Shown in pieces: positions 55,860-63,995 of a DNA stretch of 64,000 nt; position 1 is the first letter of the stretch; each line of letters begins with the position of its first letter. The position numbers and the translations under genes were made by a program. Source of the stretch: Prochloron sp. (GTDB taxonomy: Bacteria > Cyanobacteriota > Cyanobacteriia > Cyanobacteriales > Prochloraceae); the NCBI GenBank assembly GCA_965198675.1, contig OZ240666.1, forward strand, positions 4,644,776-4,708,775, written 5' to 3'. The notes beneath the pieces were generated by a model that searched no databases, was not told where the DNA came from, and saw only the letters and a program-made list of their open reading frames with translations.

Positions 55860-56291
55860 ATGACATCATCCCTTTACGAGACAGATTATAACCAATGGAT
55901 ACAAGAAACTGTCCAACAACTGCAAAACCGCAACTTCGATACCATAGATTGGGAAAACTTAATCGAAGAATTAGAAAGCATGGGAAAAAACGACAAACGC
56001 GCCTTGATTAGTCTTTTAACCCGTCTTCTCGAACACCTTCTTAAATTGTCCTACTGGGAATCTGAAAAACCCAGATCTGGGAATCACTGGGCATCAGAAA
56101 TCGTTAATTTTCGCGCCCAAATTAAAACCCGCATTGAAGATAGTCCTAGTTTACGTCCTCAAATGCAAACCTTCTACGAAAAAGCCTATCCCGTCGCCAT
56201 AAAATCCGTCTCCAAACTATTTTCACTTCCTACATGCCCTCCCATTAGTCTTTCCCAAGCATTAGATGAAGACTGGTTTCCTAATGAATGA
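55860..56291 (+). CDS. DUF29-family protein
   Basis: MTSSLYETDYNQWIQETVQQLQNRNFDTIDWENLIEELESMGKNDKRAL..., a typical DUF29 N-terminus. Confidence 0.75.
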   Translation: MTSSLYETDYNQWIQETVQQLQNRNFDTIDWENLIEELESMGKNDKRALISLLTRLLEHLLKLSYWESEKPRSGNHWASEIVNFRAQIKTRIEDSPSLRPQMQTFYEKAYPVAIKSVSKLFSLPTCPPISLSQALDEDWFPNE

Positions 56292-56384
56292 AATCTTAGT
56301 TGCTTCTGTTTATAATTCCCCCAACTTGGCTGGTAGTTGCTTCTTGAATATAGAATGGAGCGAGAAAACTGGTATCCAGGTAAA

Positions 56385-56594
56385 TCAATATCTTGCCCCA
56401 TCACGTAACTGTTGCAAGGTTTCTAAACTGCTGGTATTAGCAGGAGTTTGAGTTGCTCGGAGTTGAACTAGGCTAGTTAGGGGTTGTTTTTTGGGAGTAG
56501 CGAGGGTGTTTTGGCTAGTTTCAGGATCTAAGGGGCAGAAAGATTGACTCAAGGACTGCAAAACGATGTTTTCAGGTGTCAGAGTTATTGCCAT
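56385..56594 (-). CDS. small protein P1 (deletion variant of an RHH-like family)
   Basis: MAITLTPENIVLQSLSQSFCPLDPETSQNT...; paralogs lie at 57973..58179 and 57707..57940. Confidence 0.45.
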   Translation of the reverse strand: MAITLTPENIVLQSLSQSFCPLDPETSQNTLATPKKQPLTSLVQLRATQTPANTSSLETLQQLRDGARY

Positions 56595-56680
56595 TATCTG
56601 CTCCTGGGGGTTTGCTCGACGTATTTCTAGTTTCCCTTGGCTTTGACCGAGTTGAGGTGGGCTTGAACGGTGAGGTTGTT

Positions 56681-57082
56681 CTAGACTCTTGTTCGATTAT
56701 AGCGGTAAGGCTGATGGAGCCAATCTAAATACAACTGGGACTTACGAGCCAACTGAATTGCTAAATCCATTGCTTGTTTACGATTTTTTTCTGGATCGGG
56801 GACATTAATGATGGTAACGTGAAATTTACTATCTTGAATCCCATTTAATCCTAAGTCTCTCAGATCGGCAACTGAAAAGCTGATGACTCCATAGCATTTT
56901 TTTAGTCTGCTATAGGTTGCTTCTGGGGTTAAATTTGCTGAAAGGCCACGTTCTTGAGGACGGAGCAAAAATGCTTCTGGATCAACTTCTTTAGTATCTG
57001 GATCGATCCATCCTTTTTTCCGAATTGCTCGATATAAAATCCTATCATCTGATAATTCACTCACTGTTTTATATCTATCCAA
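56681..57082 (-). CDS. hypothetical protein (downstream gene of a two-gene cassette)
   Basis: A 133-aa ORF directly abutting 57083..57577. I recognise no family. Confidence 0.5.
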   Translation of the reverse strand: MDRYKTVSELSDDRILYRAIRKKGWIDPDTKEVDPEAFLLRPQERGLSANLTPEATYSRLKKCYGVISFSVADLRDLGLNGIQDSKFHVTIINVPDPEKNRKQAMDLAIQLARKSQLYLDWLHQPYRYNRTRV

Positions 57083-57577
57083 TTAAAATGAAGGAAGCTT
57101 ATTCTCATCAGTCCCTAACCATTGCAAAAGTTGAGCTAGTTTGGTTACAGAAGGTTGTTCAATTAGACAGCTTTCTAAATTTAGTCTAAAGTATACTGAT
57201 AAATGTACATTATCGGCAGTATGAGGAAAATGTAAACGAATTTCTTTATCTTGTACTTTACATTTCCAAACCAGGTTGATACCACCCTGACTATCTACAG
57301 AGCCATAGCCAAGTGGAAAAGATTCTCCAACTAAGTGATAGAGTTTTATAAGCAGGTTTATTGAACTAGAGAAAGCGTTTTCTGTTGGACAAAATATTTC
57401 ATCACCTTCTTCTTCCTCTAAGTCTTTATCTATTTCCCTCAGTTCCCACAATCGCTCAAAAGTAGTTTTGAAGTGCTGATTATTAAATTCCTTGGAAACC
57501 ATCTCATGGATTTCTTCAAGTCTGAGTACTGGCTCAATCGTTTTAAGCATTTTGATAACTCCTAATTTAAATTCCAA
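57083..57577 (-). CDS. hypothetical acidic protein (upstream gene of a two-gene cassette)
   Basis: A 164-aa ORF with a GGAG-containing leader. I recognise no family. Confidence 0.5.
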   Translation of the reverse strand: MEFKLGVIKMLKTIEPVLRLEEIHEMVSKEFNNQHFKTTFERLWELREIDKDLEEEEGDEIFCPTENAFSSSINLLIKLYHLVGESFPLGYGSVDSQGGINLVWKCKVQDKEIRLHFPHTADNVHLSVYFRLNLESCLIEQPSVTKLAQLLQWLGTDENKLPSF

Positions 57578-57642
57578 TTGAGAATGATAACATTGCTTAA
57601 TATAACTGTCAAGCGATCGCCTAGGCAGTTACTATATCTAGA

Positions 57643-57797
57643 CAGGGTAAGCGCAAGAATCAATAAGGGGCATCTATTCTCAATTATCATGATAATGATT
57701 GCAAGATTATTGCGAATATGGCACACTATTGAGAATTAACATGGCTCTATACCACATTTTGGCACAATTTTTCTTGCGCTTGCCCTGGGTGTTTTGG
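57643..57797. mobile_element. MITE with CAGGG(T/C)AAGCGCAAGAA terminal inverted repeats, copy 2
   Basis: 155 bp with the same termini and internal similarity to 46619..46763. It truncates small gene P3 after ...ETSQNT. Confidence 0.7.
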
Positions 57798-57940
57798 CTG
57801 GTTTCAGGATCTAAGGGGCGGAAAAATTGACTCAAGGATTGCAAAACAATGCTTTCAGGGGAAACTTGCTGTTGCTTCGCTTGAACCATCATCTGCTGTT
57901 CTAATTCATCGGTAAGTTCAATTGTCAGAGTTCTTGCCAT
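57707..57940 (-). pseudogene. small RHH-like protein P3, 3' end replaced by the MITE
   Basis: MARTLTIELTDELEQQMMVQAKQQQVSPESIVLQSLSQFFRPLDPETSQNT, after which the reading frame enters the MITE. Confidence 0.55.
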
Positions 57941-57972
57941 GATTTGCTCCTGGGGGTTTGCTTGACGTATTT

Positions 57973-58179
57973 CTATCTTGCCTCGTTACGTAACTGTTGC
58001 AAGGTTTCTAAACTGCTGGTTTTAGCACGAGGTTGAGTGGCTCGGAGTTGGGTATGGCTAGTTAGGGGTTGTTTTTTGGAAGTGGCGAGGGTGTTTTGGT
58101 TGGTTTCAGGGTCTAAGGGGCAGAAAGATTGACTCAAGGACTGCAAAACGATGTTTTCAGGTGTCAGAGTTATTGCCAT
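57973..58179 (-). CDS. small protein P2
   Basis: Near-identical to P1 (MAITLTPENIVLQSLSQSFCPLDPETNQNT...), including about 80 bp of upstream sequence. Confidence 0.45.
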   Translation of the reverse strand: MAITLTPENIVLQSLSQSFCPLDPETNQNTLATSKKQPLTSHTQLRATQPRAKTSSLETLQQLRNEAR

Positions 58180-58320
58180 TATCTGCTCCTGGGGGTTTGC
58201 TCGACGTATTTCTAGTTTCCCTTGGCTTTGGCCGAGTTGCCAGACAGGGAGTTTACCTGTTATTATAGGTAATTGGGAATGTCAAAAACCCTAGATTTAT
58301 AAATAAGCTGACCTAGGTGA

Positions 58321-59628
58321 ATGTCAAAAGTACTACTGCCAACAACGATGCTTGGGGTTGCTGCTAGTATTCTTATTCTACAGCCTCAAGTTACCGCACT
58401 CTCTTCTGTTACAGTAGGGGAAATTGCCCAACAGATTACCGTCAGAATTGAAGGACCAGGTCCTTCCGGTTCCGGTATAATCATTCACAAGGAAGGTAAT
58501 ATCTACTACGTTCTCACCGCTAAACATGTGGTCAAAGATATTCATCCAGAGGAAGAGGCTGATGTTTTTACCTATGATAGCCAGGTGTATTACCTCAATA
58601 CCAAGAAAATTCACAAGTTTTCTGGGGTAGACTTGGCAGTAGTGGAGTTTGAAAGTGCACGTAATTACACTCTTGCTAAGATAGGGAACTCTGAGGAAGC
58701 CAAAAGAGGACAAAAGGTTTATGTAGCAGGGTTTCCTATTCCTGCACCGGAGCACCAGGGTTTTGATTTAAGTTTTCTTCATGGCTACATAAATGCTATT
58801 CATAATCAACCGGATCCCGATGGTTATCGTCTAGTTTATAGCAATAGCACTCGATCGGGAATGAGTGGCGGACCAGTCTTAAATGAGGAAGGGGAAGTCA
58901 TTGGAGTTCACGGTAGAGCGATTACAGAAAGGCTAGAACGCACCAACGTACCCAACGTTCATATTAAGATAGGACACAATCAAGCTATTCCCATCAAAAC
59001 CTTTCTGGATCTAGCCCCAAAAGCAGGAATTAATGTAGAAGTAGCCCTATCCCCACGAACTTTTCCCCATCCCACTCCTTTTCCTACTACTATACCATCT
59101 CCACCTTCTCAGCCCACTCCTCCCCCTCTGATTTCAAGAGCCACCAGGGTAAATTATACTCAGCTCCGTGACTTATTAGCACAAGGAAGATGGAGAGAGG
59201 CTGATGAAAAGACTTTTGCCTTAATGTTAAGAGCTGCTAATCGCCCCCAGGGAAGTGTGTTAAATCAAAATCATCTCAAATCCTTTCCCTATGAGGATTT
59301 AAAGATTCTCGATGGTTTGTGGCTGGAATATAGTCAAGGTCGTTTTGGTATCTCAATCCAAAGACAAATCTGGGAAGAAGTGAGCAGGAACGCTGAGAAT
59401 ATTCAGGATGTTTACCGTCAGTTTGGTCAAAGGGTAGGCTGGATTGAATATACCCCATCAGGAAATCCCATTATAATACAGGATGATATAGACTATAAAC
59501 TGTCTGCTCCCCCAGGACATCTTCCTGTTTTTATCTCATCCTATACTTTGGAGCATGGTTGGAGTGATTGGGGTCGTCATACCCATCGAGATGTTACCTT
59601 TTCTAGAGCTGGTCATTGCGGTATTTGA
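58321..59628 (+). CDS. secreted trypsin-like serine protease fused to a GUN4-like domain
   Basis: Signal peptide; GSGIIIHKEGNIYYVLTAKHVV...SGMSGGPVL (S1 protease His/Ser motifs); C-terminal ...GRWREADEKTFALML...FPYEDLKILDGLWLEYSQGRFGISIQRQIW (GUN4-like). Confidence 0.75.
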   Translation: MSKVLLPTTMLGVAASILILQPQVTALSSVTVGEIAQQITVRIEGPGPSGSGIIIHKEGNIYYVLTAKHVVKDIHPEEEADVFTYDSQVYYLNTKKIHKFSGVDLAVVEFESARNYTLAKIGNSEEAKRGQKVYVAGFPIPAPEHQGFDLSFLHGYINAIHNQPDPDGYRLVYSNSTRSGMSGGPVLNEEGEVIGVHGRAITERLERTNVPNVHIKIGHNQAIPIKTFLDLAPKAGINVEVALSPRTFPHPTPFPTTIPSPPSQPTPPPLISRATRVNYTQLRDLLAQGRWREADEKTFALMLRAANRPQGSVLNQNHLKSFPYEDLKILDGLWLEYSQGRFGISIQRQIWEEVSRNAENIQDVYRQFGQRVGWIEYTPSGNPIIIQDDIDYKLSAPPGHLPVFISSYTLEHGWSDWGRHTHRDVTFSRAGHCGI

Positions 59629-59888
59629 GAGGGAGGATAGGGGAATTTTTCACGATACTTCTCGGGAGAGCGGAGGAAGCTCGGCTCGGCGGATAAATCC
59701 GCCGTAAAACAGTGACCAGGACGCCAAAGGCGGTTGCTTCGCAAAGCTTCGCAATACCAGTGACCAGTTACCAGGCGTATGGTGCGGGCTTTGGTCCCGC
59801 ACCAACGCCTTCCACCAATAAGTGGTTTGCCACCACTTATTTGGTGGGGGCCTCAAACCCAAGGTTGAGCTGCTACCATGGTACGTGA

Positions 59889-61187
59889 TTACTGGTCACT
59901 GGTAACTGAAAGGTGAAATTGGTAGGAGTAGCCATCTTTTCTGTGGATGGTTTCGCAATATTTATAGCTAATTCCTGAAACCCTCCCTTTCGCAGTAGTA
60001 ATATCAAAAGAACCAGTTTTTCGAGTTGCCACTCTGCCTGTATAAGTACCGATTTTTTTACCTTTAGTTACAACAGCTCTTACAATGTCTCCTGTCTGAA
60101 AACCTTTGTGAATTTTCTTTCTGGAGTTATGGCGAATCGGAAACCCATATTTATTTGTCCCGCATATCTGACGCTTCCCATGGCCTTTAGCTGCAATTAA
60201 CAAAGGTTGATAATCTTCAATGTGCAACACATCAACCTTGCCAACATTTGCAGCATCCAGCCAATGAGTTTTTGGTATGTTTTGACGGCAACGGTTATAT
60301 TTAGTTAAACCGCCTGAACCCACTTCAACCGGGAGTCCAATTAATTTCAGTTCGTCGTGCAACTTCCACCGAGTTGCATTGACTGCCGCCGCATCTGCCA
60401 ATGGTTTTTTAGCTTGAGACCAAATACGCTTGATAATATTGGATTTACTTGACAGAAACTCTTCTATTTCTTGATTACCTTTAGCTTGATTGCAATTATG
60501 GCAAGCAATCGCTAGATTCGAGACTCTATCGGAACCTCCTTTTGATTTAGGCTTAATATGCTCAACCTCTAGTCTAGTATTTTTTACTCCGCAATAGGCA
60601 CAAGTCCTGTCCCATTTTTCTAGAAGATATTCCCGCAGTTCATAACCATATAAAGTCCCCTGTTGGTATTCAATACCAGAGACTTCAGGGTTTAGCATTT
60701 TTTGAGTATCAAACCTAACTAGCTCTTGAGAAATACCAGTTACTGGGCAAAATTTAATTAGTTTGTTGACCCAAGTTAAAATATTATGAACCCGCGACAT
60801 TAGACTAGGTGGCAACCAACCTTTGGGTCTCCTCCTATTAAGAAATCTGGGCTGACGATACCGAGTTTTACGATTACGACGAGAGCGTCTAAGCTGTCTC
60901 CTAGAGGTTAAAGCTTCTCGGATTTGAAAACCTCTATGGGTTAGTTCAGCCCCCCAAATAACCCTATCGCTTTGGACAATCGCAAATCCTGTTGTCTTAG
61001 CACCTGGGTCTATTTTTAGTTGATGGTCATGAGTTACGCAATTTTCCACCTCTAAATCTTCCATTACAATGGTGAATGGATACCGTCTTAGAACTTTTGC
61101 CCTTCCTGACTTCAGCAATTTTCTTGCTTTAGCAGGATGACATGGGTCTAGTGGTTTTCGGTTTTTATCCAAGACAAATACACGCAT
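59889..61187 (-). CDS. iscB: IscB RNA-guided nuclease (apparently intact)
   Basis: 432 aa: PLMP-type N-terminus (MRVFVLDKNRKPLDPCHPAKARKLLKSGRAKVLRRYPFTI), RuvC-I KIDPGAKTTG, Arg-rich bridge RRQLRRSRRNRKTRYRQPRF, RuvC-II SQELVRFD, HNH CAYCG...EVEHIKPKSKGGSDRVSNLAIACHNCNQAKG, RuvC-III HWLDAANVG, and a DGYSY tail. Confidence 0.85.
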   Translation of the reverse strand: MRVFVLDKNRKPLDPCHPAKARKLLKSGRAKVLRRYPFTIVMEDLEVENCVTHDHQLKIDPGAKTTGFAIVQSDRVIWGAELTHRGFQIREALTSRRQLRRSRRNRKTRYRQPRFLNRRRPKGWLPPSLMSRVHNILTWVNKLIKFCPVTGISQELVRFDTQKMLNPEVSGIEYQQGTLYGYELREYLLEKWDRTCAYCGVKNTRLEVEHIKPKSKGGSDRVSNLAIACHNCNQAKGNQEIEEFLSSKSNIIKRIWSQAKKPLADAAAVNATRWKLHDELKLIGLPVEVGSGGLTKYNRCRQNIPKTHWLDAANVGKVDVLHIEDYQPLLIAAKGHGKRQICGTNKYGFPIRHNSRKKIHKGFQTGDIVRAVVTKGKKIGTYTGRVATRKTGSFDITTAKGRVSGISYKYCETIHRKDGYSYQFHLSVTSDQ

Positions 61188-61209
61188 AATGTGAATACTC
61201 CTATTTCTA

Positions 61210-61429
61210 GGGTTAAGTTCGCTTCGTCAATGTTTTTCAAGCTTGTTGGGCTTGCTGCACTGCCTTGCCCCTCGTAAAGCTGTTTAACAACAAGCGACAG
61301 GGCCATAAACTAGCGACGCATTCGTGGGTGTCATAACTTGAAAAACGTAGCCCACTAATGGGCTTAGACTGGTCAGCTATCCTATGAGAGAGGCACGAGA
61401 GCAACGCCTCTTCAGAGCGGGGTGCTGAC
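61210..61429 (-). ncRNA. putative IscB omega-RNA scaffold
   Basis: A 220-nt non-coding segment directly 5' of iscB on the same strand. It is duplicated at 61678..61895, with substitutions concentrated in a few patches. Confidence 0.6.
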
Positions 61430-61553
61430 ATCCGGGACAATTTCTGGTTCGCTTCAATCGTGCCACATGGTCGGGGTTTTCAGCATGAGTTGGAAAGGTC
61501 AAACCAACAACAGCTAAGAGGGCGAAGGTAGTAGTCAAAGCCTGGAATTTCAT
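61430..61553 (-). pseudogene. 5' fragment of a secreted pentapeptide-repeat protein gene, cut by the IscB element
   Basis: MKFQALTTTFALLAVVGLTFPTHAENPDHVARLKRTRNCPGC is a signal peptide plus the usual CPGC lead-in to pentapeptide repeats. It ends exactly at the element boundary. Confidence 0.6.
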
Positions 61554-61559
61554 GAAAAA

Positions 61560-61895
61560 TTCTCGGGAGTTTGGAAACCACCATTTTCAAATGGTGGAGT
61601 AAAAACGACGCGGCAAATTTATTTGCCGTCCCCCACCAGGGGGGGTGGAGTATAAATTCCACAAACTCCTCTTACGAGGGTAAAGTTCGCCTCGTCAATG
61701 TTTTCCAAGCTTGTTGGGCTTGCTACACTGCCTTACCCCTCGTAAAGCTGTTTAACAACAAGCAACAGAGCCACAAACTGGCGACGCATTCGTGGGTGTT
61801 ATGACTTGAAAAACGGAGACCTCAAAGGGCTTAGACTGGTCAGCTATCTAAAGGAGAGGCACGAAGCCCCGTCACAAAGCGAGCGGGGTGCTGAC
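61560..61895 (-). mobile_element. ORF-less IscB-element derivative (omega-RNA plus RBS plus right-end hairpin)
   Basis: It contains the second omega-RNA-like copy, the AGGAGT ribosome-binding site, then directly the GGCAAATAAATTTGCC hairpin and CTCCCGAGAA. The iscB ORF is completely absent. Confidence 0.6.
61678..61895 (-). ncRNA. orphan omega-RNA-like copy
   Basis: 218 nt, collinear with 61210..61429. Confidence 0.55.
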
Positions 61896-61901
61896 CTGGC
61901 A

Positions 61902-61956
61902 GGGTAAGATTCAACGCCTGGTTAGACAAAGTTAACATTGGTTGATATAGTCAAGG
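61902..61956. repeat. 55-bp direct repeat, copy a (abuts the orphan element)
   Basis: GGGTAAGATTCAACGCCTGGTTAGACAAAGTTAACATTGGTTGATATA..GTCAAGG recurs at 62650..62707. Confidence 0.85.
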
Positions 61957-62034
61957 TACTAAGTCGGTTGACGAGTTTCTCTGAGAAGGAGGTAAAAAAG
62001 TTGCAGTATGTCCAACACATAGATTTGCTCCGTC

Positions 62035-62271
62035 ATGGCTAAAGTAGCGAAAGAAATTATCTTTTACTCAGATATTGCAGGAAACGAGCCATTTAATAAC
62101 TGGCTAAATGGTTTGCGAAATTCTCTTATAAGACGACGTATTTTCAAGGGCTTGTTTCGGATCGAGAGCGGCAATTATGGAGACAAAAGCACCCAAACCC
62201 AAGACATTAAAATTGCAAAAGCCTATTGGAAGGACTACTTAACTAATGAGAAAATACAAAACTTTACATGA
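62035..62271 (+). pseudogene. RelE/ParE-superfamily addiction-module killer with an internal deletion
   Basis: ...RRRIFKGLFRIESGNYGD joins directly to KSTQTQDIKIAKAYW. The central beta-strands expected in this family are missing. Confidence 0.5.
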
Positions 62272-62557
62272 AGCAGCCAAAGAATATTTCATGAAAAATC
62301 CTGAAGAAATTGACAATTTTATTCTCGAAATTTTTGAGGACTATGCTAAAGACGGGGATTCGGCTGCACTACTTTCTGAACTACGAGTCATTGCTAGTGT
62401 CAAAGGTATTTCTTATCTGGAAGAAGATTCCGAGATGACCCCGCAGGAATTGGAAAAAGACCTTTCTTGCCAAGAAAACCCACCCCTTGATAGTGTGAAC
62501 TCCATTATGCAGGCCATAGGTTATCAGCTTATGCCAAAACCGCTCCTAAAAACGTAA
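62246..62557 (+). CDS. HigA-like addiction-module antidote protein
   Basis: 103 aa; ...NPEEIDNFILEIFEDYAKDGDSAALLSELRVIASVKG...NPPLDSVNSIMQAIGYQL. It overlaps the killer remnant. Confidence 0.5.
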   Translation: MRKYKTLHEAAKEYFMKNPEEIDNFILEIFEDYAKDGDSAALLSELRVIASVKGISYLEEDSEMTPQELEKDLSCQENPPLDSVNSIMQAIGYQLMPKPLLKT

Positions 62558-62649
62558 TTACTACTGCTGCATGGTGAGCGATGCCCACCCTACAAACTAC
62601 TGCTGCATGGTGGGCGATGCCCACTACAAACTGAATATTTTATTGGGTC

Positions 62650-62707
62650 GGGTAAGATTCAACGCCTGGTTAGACAAAGTTAACATTGGTTGATATAATT
62701 GTCAAGG
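62650..62707. repeat. 55-bp direct repeat, copy b (unoccupied site)
   Basis: Same sequence as 61902..61956 with a 2-3-bp indel. It is not adjacent to an IscB-type end. Confidence 0.85.
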
Positions 62708-62995
62708 GATATTAGGGGGATCGCCCAAAAATACATCAAGCGTAGGGTGGGCATCGCCCACCATGCAGCCCACCGTGCAGTTGTTATATCTTACTATCCT
62801 ATGAAACAAATTGACTCTCAAGTCTAGGTGGGCAATGCTCATATTATACTATCTAGAATAGCAGTTCAGCTTTCTGCACGCATTTCCCACCCTACGAACT
62901 CAAATTGAAACCAAACCAGGGGTTTGATAAGGTAGCCCGCAATTCATTCCCGGGCGGGTCGGTGGGCAATGCCCACCCTACGAACTGGTCACTGG

Positions 62996-63550
62996 TCACT
63001 GTTTCAGTTCCACTCCAAAACCAACTAAACCCACTGTTTCCAAAGGTTGTCCTTCGGGAGGACGAAGATAATTGAGAATCTTCCGAATGCGCAAATTGGG
63101 ATTAATTAGGGTAATAGAATCCACCGATACAACCCGAGTATAATAAGTTGTCATGAGCAATTCTTGACTGTTAGTATCAAAGCGAAAATGAGATATAATG
63201 GGTTTGGCTTCTTCATAGGCTCGATCCCGCAGATAATCTCCTGCTAAAAAGGGGGCGTTTTCTGCTTTGACCACGAACAGTAAATTCAATTCCTGGGATA
63301 CCTCTTCCCCTCTTTCGGAAATGGTATGAAAACCGAGATGATATCCCGGAAGACTCTCCAGTTCTGGTTGAGCAGGATATTTATTATCTGCTAAAACCTG
63401 GGCTTTTTGCTCAACAGTCAGAGGTTTGATGTTAAATTCAGTGTGGGAGCGCTCTACCTCTTTCTGAGTGAGATAGTGATAGGTACGCTCAGTTTGCCAT
63501 TTACCCACGCAACAGGCAAAAAAATCTTGAAACTTGGCTTTATCCACCAT
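62996..63550 (-). CDS. S/U-type phycobilin lyase (CpcS/CpeU/CpcV-like)
   Basis: 184 aa; FQDFFACCVGKWQTERTYHYL...DYLRDRAYEE...NLRIRKI. Confidence 0.75.
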   Translation of the reverse strand: MVDKAKFQDFFACCVGKWQTERTYHYLTQKEVERSHTEFNIKPLTVEQKAQVLADNKYPAQPELESLPGYHLGFHTISERGEEVSQELNLLFVVKAENAPFLAGDYLRDRAYEEAKPIISHFRFDTNSQELLMTTYYTRVVSVDSITLINPNLRIRKILNYLRPPEGQPLETVGLVGFGVELKQ

Positions 63551-63995
63551 TGGTAAGTTCTATTTTGAATATAGTGTCCTTAGGTTTACCAGCAATAACT
63601 GTTTTCCAACCAATAGAGGTGAGAAATTGTGCCCCAGAAGCTGTTTCTACAACGTCTACACCCCATTCTCCCGGTTGGAGAGAGTGGGGGGATGAACTGG
63701 TAGCAGGAGTTGTCTTTTTACCTCCTAAGATAAGGATATCAGCCATGGGGACATCCTTATCTTTCTGGGTGAGACGTTTTTGTAACAAAGCTTGACCACA
63801 CATTTCCCCTACTTGAGAGGGAGACAGTTCTTCTTCAGGAAATATAAGCTCTACTATCCAATGGGGGTTATTCACCAGACCACAAGCAATATTCTGATTA
63901 TAACTCAATCCTTCCTTAAATACTTGGGTAAATTCTTCCCGACTCAGTTCGGGTAAGATTTCGGAGGATATATCGAAATTATGGGAGAGCAACAT
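63540..63995 (-). CDS. conserved hypothetical protein, translationally coupled to the S/U-type lyase
   Basis: A 151-aa ORF (MLLSHNFDISSEILPELSREEF...) that overlaps the next gene by 11 bp. I cannot assign a family with confidence. Confidence 0.5.
   Translation of the reverse strand: MLLSHNFDISSEILPELSREEFTQVFKEGLSYNQNIACGLVNNPHWIVELIFPEEELSPSQVGEMCGQALLQKRLTQKDKDVPMADILILGGKKTTPATSSSPHSLQPGEWGVDVVETASGAQFLTSIGWKTVIAGKPKDTIFKIELTNGG

Larger units (their letters stand above)
59660..61429 (-). mobile_element. IscB-encoding IS200/IS605-superfamily element (no tnpA)
   Basis: The left end is where the sequence diverges from the interrupted host gene (61429/61430). The right end is inferred from the GGCGGATTTATCCGCC hairpin plus CCTCCGCTCT..CCCGAGAA, which are shared with the other two IscB-type elements. 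Confidence 0.6.

Noticed and set aside
61237-61662. Track ORFs 61237..61440, 61480..61662 and 61571..61804
   Set aside because: They overlap the duplicated omega-RNA-like regions and transposon-end hairpins. They are not conserved between the two copies as reading frames and lack ribosome-binding sites.
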